From the IMG/VR virus record IMGVR_UViG_2547132418_000023: a stretch of DNA of 16,707 bases; one strand, written 5' to 3'. Positions within the stretch are counted from its first letter, which is position 1; every line of letters starts with the position of its first letter. This DNA comes from a virus. Its lineage: Duplodnaviria; Heunggongvirae; Uroviricota; Caudoviricetes. The notes below the pieces were generated by a model, which was given only the letters and a program-made list of their open reading frames with translations, was not told the DNA's origin and did not search any database. Shown piece after piece: positions 16,126-16,707 of this stretch. The position numbers were made by a program, and so were the translations under genes.

Positions 16126-16145
16126 TACTGTATGTGCATACAGTA
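16126..16145. promoter_or_regulatory. LexA (SOS) box
   Basis: TACTGTATGTGCATACAGTA is a 20-bp palindrome with CTGT-N8-ACAG, one mismatch from the E. coli recA operator as I recall it (TACTGTATGAGCATACAGTA). It lies in the divergent control region. Confidence 0.7.
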
Positions 16146-16166
16146 TCGTGTAAAATGATACTCCTG

Positions 16167-16197
16167 TTGACAAGAAACATAACACAAACAATATATT
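16167..16197 (+). promoter_or_regulatory. Candidate sigma70 promoter for the Mor/C-like gene
   Basis: Perfect -35 TTGACA (16167-16172) and TATATT (16192-16197), but with a long 19-bp spacer. About 170 nt upstream of the ATG. Confidence 0.35.
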
Positions 16198-16365
16198 TAT
16201 TTAGTGAATTTATGCGTACATTAATATTAAGAATTTATATTTCTGGTGATTGTTTATTTGTTTGTTGAATGTATTGAGTAGCAGTAATGACAACTGCTTA
16301 GCGTATATCCGTGGTTTTACACGCATCGGGTCTTATTCAGGATGCAAGATATATGGAGATGAAAA

Positions 16366-16707
16366 ATGATACGAAAATCAAAAGAGATGGCCCGGACACC
16401 GGAGATCATTAACGACCTGGCTTTTCATGCATCGCAAGTTCTGATTGAAAGCATCAATCTCGACAGTTCATCGGCAGAAAATGTGGGTTTTGCCATTGCC
16501 GACCGAATGATGCGTAACTGGGGCGGACAAAGCATTTATTTCCCTAAGGGGATCTCCGGACGAGCATCGGAGCGTGACTACCAAATCTATAGCGAGTGCG
16601 ATGGGCGCAACTACGCCGAATTAGCGAAGAAATATAATCTGACGCTGCAATGGATTTATAAGATAGTCAAACGTGTACATACGGAGAAGCAGCAGAGTCG
16701 TATGTAG
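16366..16707 (+). CDS. Mor/C-family transcriptional activator (Mu middle/late activator-like), 113 aa
   Basis: ATG at 16366 with GGAG upstream, TAG at 16705-16707. GGQSIYFPKG...DYQIYSECDGRNYAELAKKYNLTLQWIYKIVKR parallels Mu Mor (GGGQVYIPRG...DLRIWNDFNGRNVSELTTRYGVTFNTVYKAIRR). Confidence 0.8.
   Translation: MIRKSKEMARTPEIINDLAFHASQVLIESINLDSSSAENVGFAIADRMMRNWGGQSIYFPKGISGRASERDYQIYSECDGRNYAELAKKYNLTLQWIYKIVKRVHTEKQQSRM

Noticed and set aside
16065-16268. 67-aa plus-strand ORF in the control region
   Set aside because: TTG start, no Shine-Dalgarno, extremely AT-rich, and it overlaps the LexA box and promoter elements; more likely non-coding regulatory DNA.
1-16707. Mu transposase/att ends, DNA invertase with fibre inversion sites, tRNA genes
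   Set aside because: No ORF resembling a transposase, recombinase or invertase, and no tRNA-like structure, was seen; the fibre region has direct rather than inverted repeats.

Overview
The minus strand of this 16.7 kb window carries an uninterrupted late module: a lysis cassette (holin-like protein, signal-peptide lytic transglycosylase, membrane-anchored coiled-coil protein) followed by a complete contractile-tail gene set of P2/Mu-hybrid type (Mu gp37/gp38-like proteins, sheath, tube, chaperone with apparent frameshift extension, tape measure, gpU, gpX, gpD, gpV spike, gpW, gpJ, gpI, gpH-like fibre, fibre chaperone, plus a coupled YiiX-like amidase candidate). No capsid, portal, terminase, integrase or transposase ORF is present in the window. 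At the right edge a Mor/C-family activator gene is transcribed divergently, and the AT-rich control region between it and the lysis genes contains a near-consensus LexA (SOS) box. The left edge carries a convergent nucleotidyltransferase-fold gene ending in a hairpin terminator. My leading interpretation is an SOS-inducible, headless phage-tail (R-type tailocin-like) locus; the alternative is the tail/lysis arm of a larger prophage whose head genes lie beyond the window. All calls rest on reading the translated ORFs and the DNA by eye; no database search was run, and family assignments are from recalled motifs.
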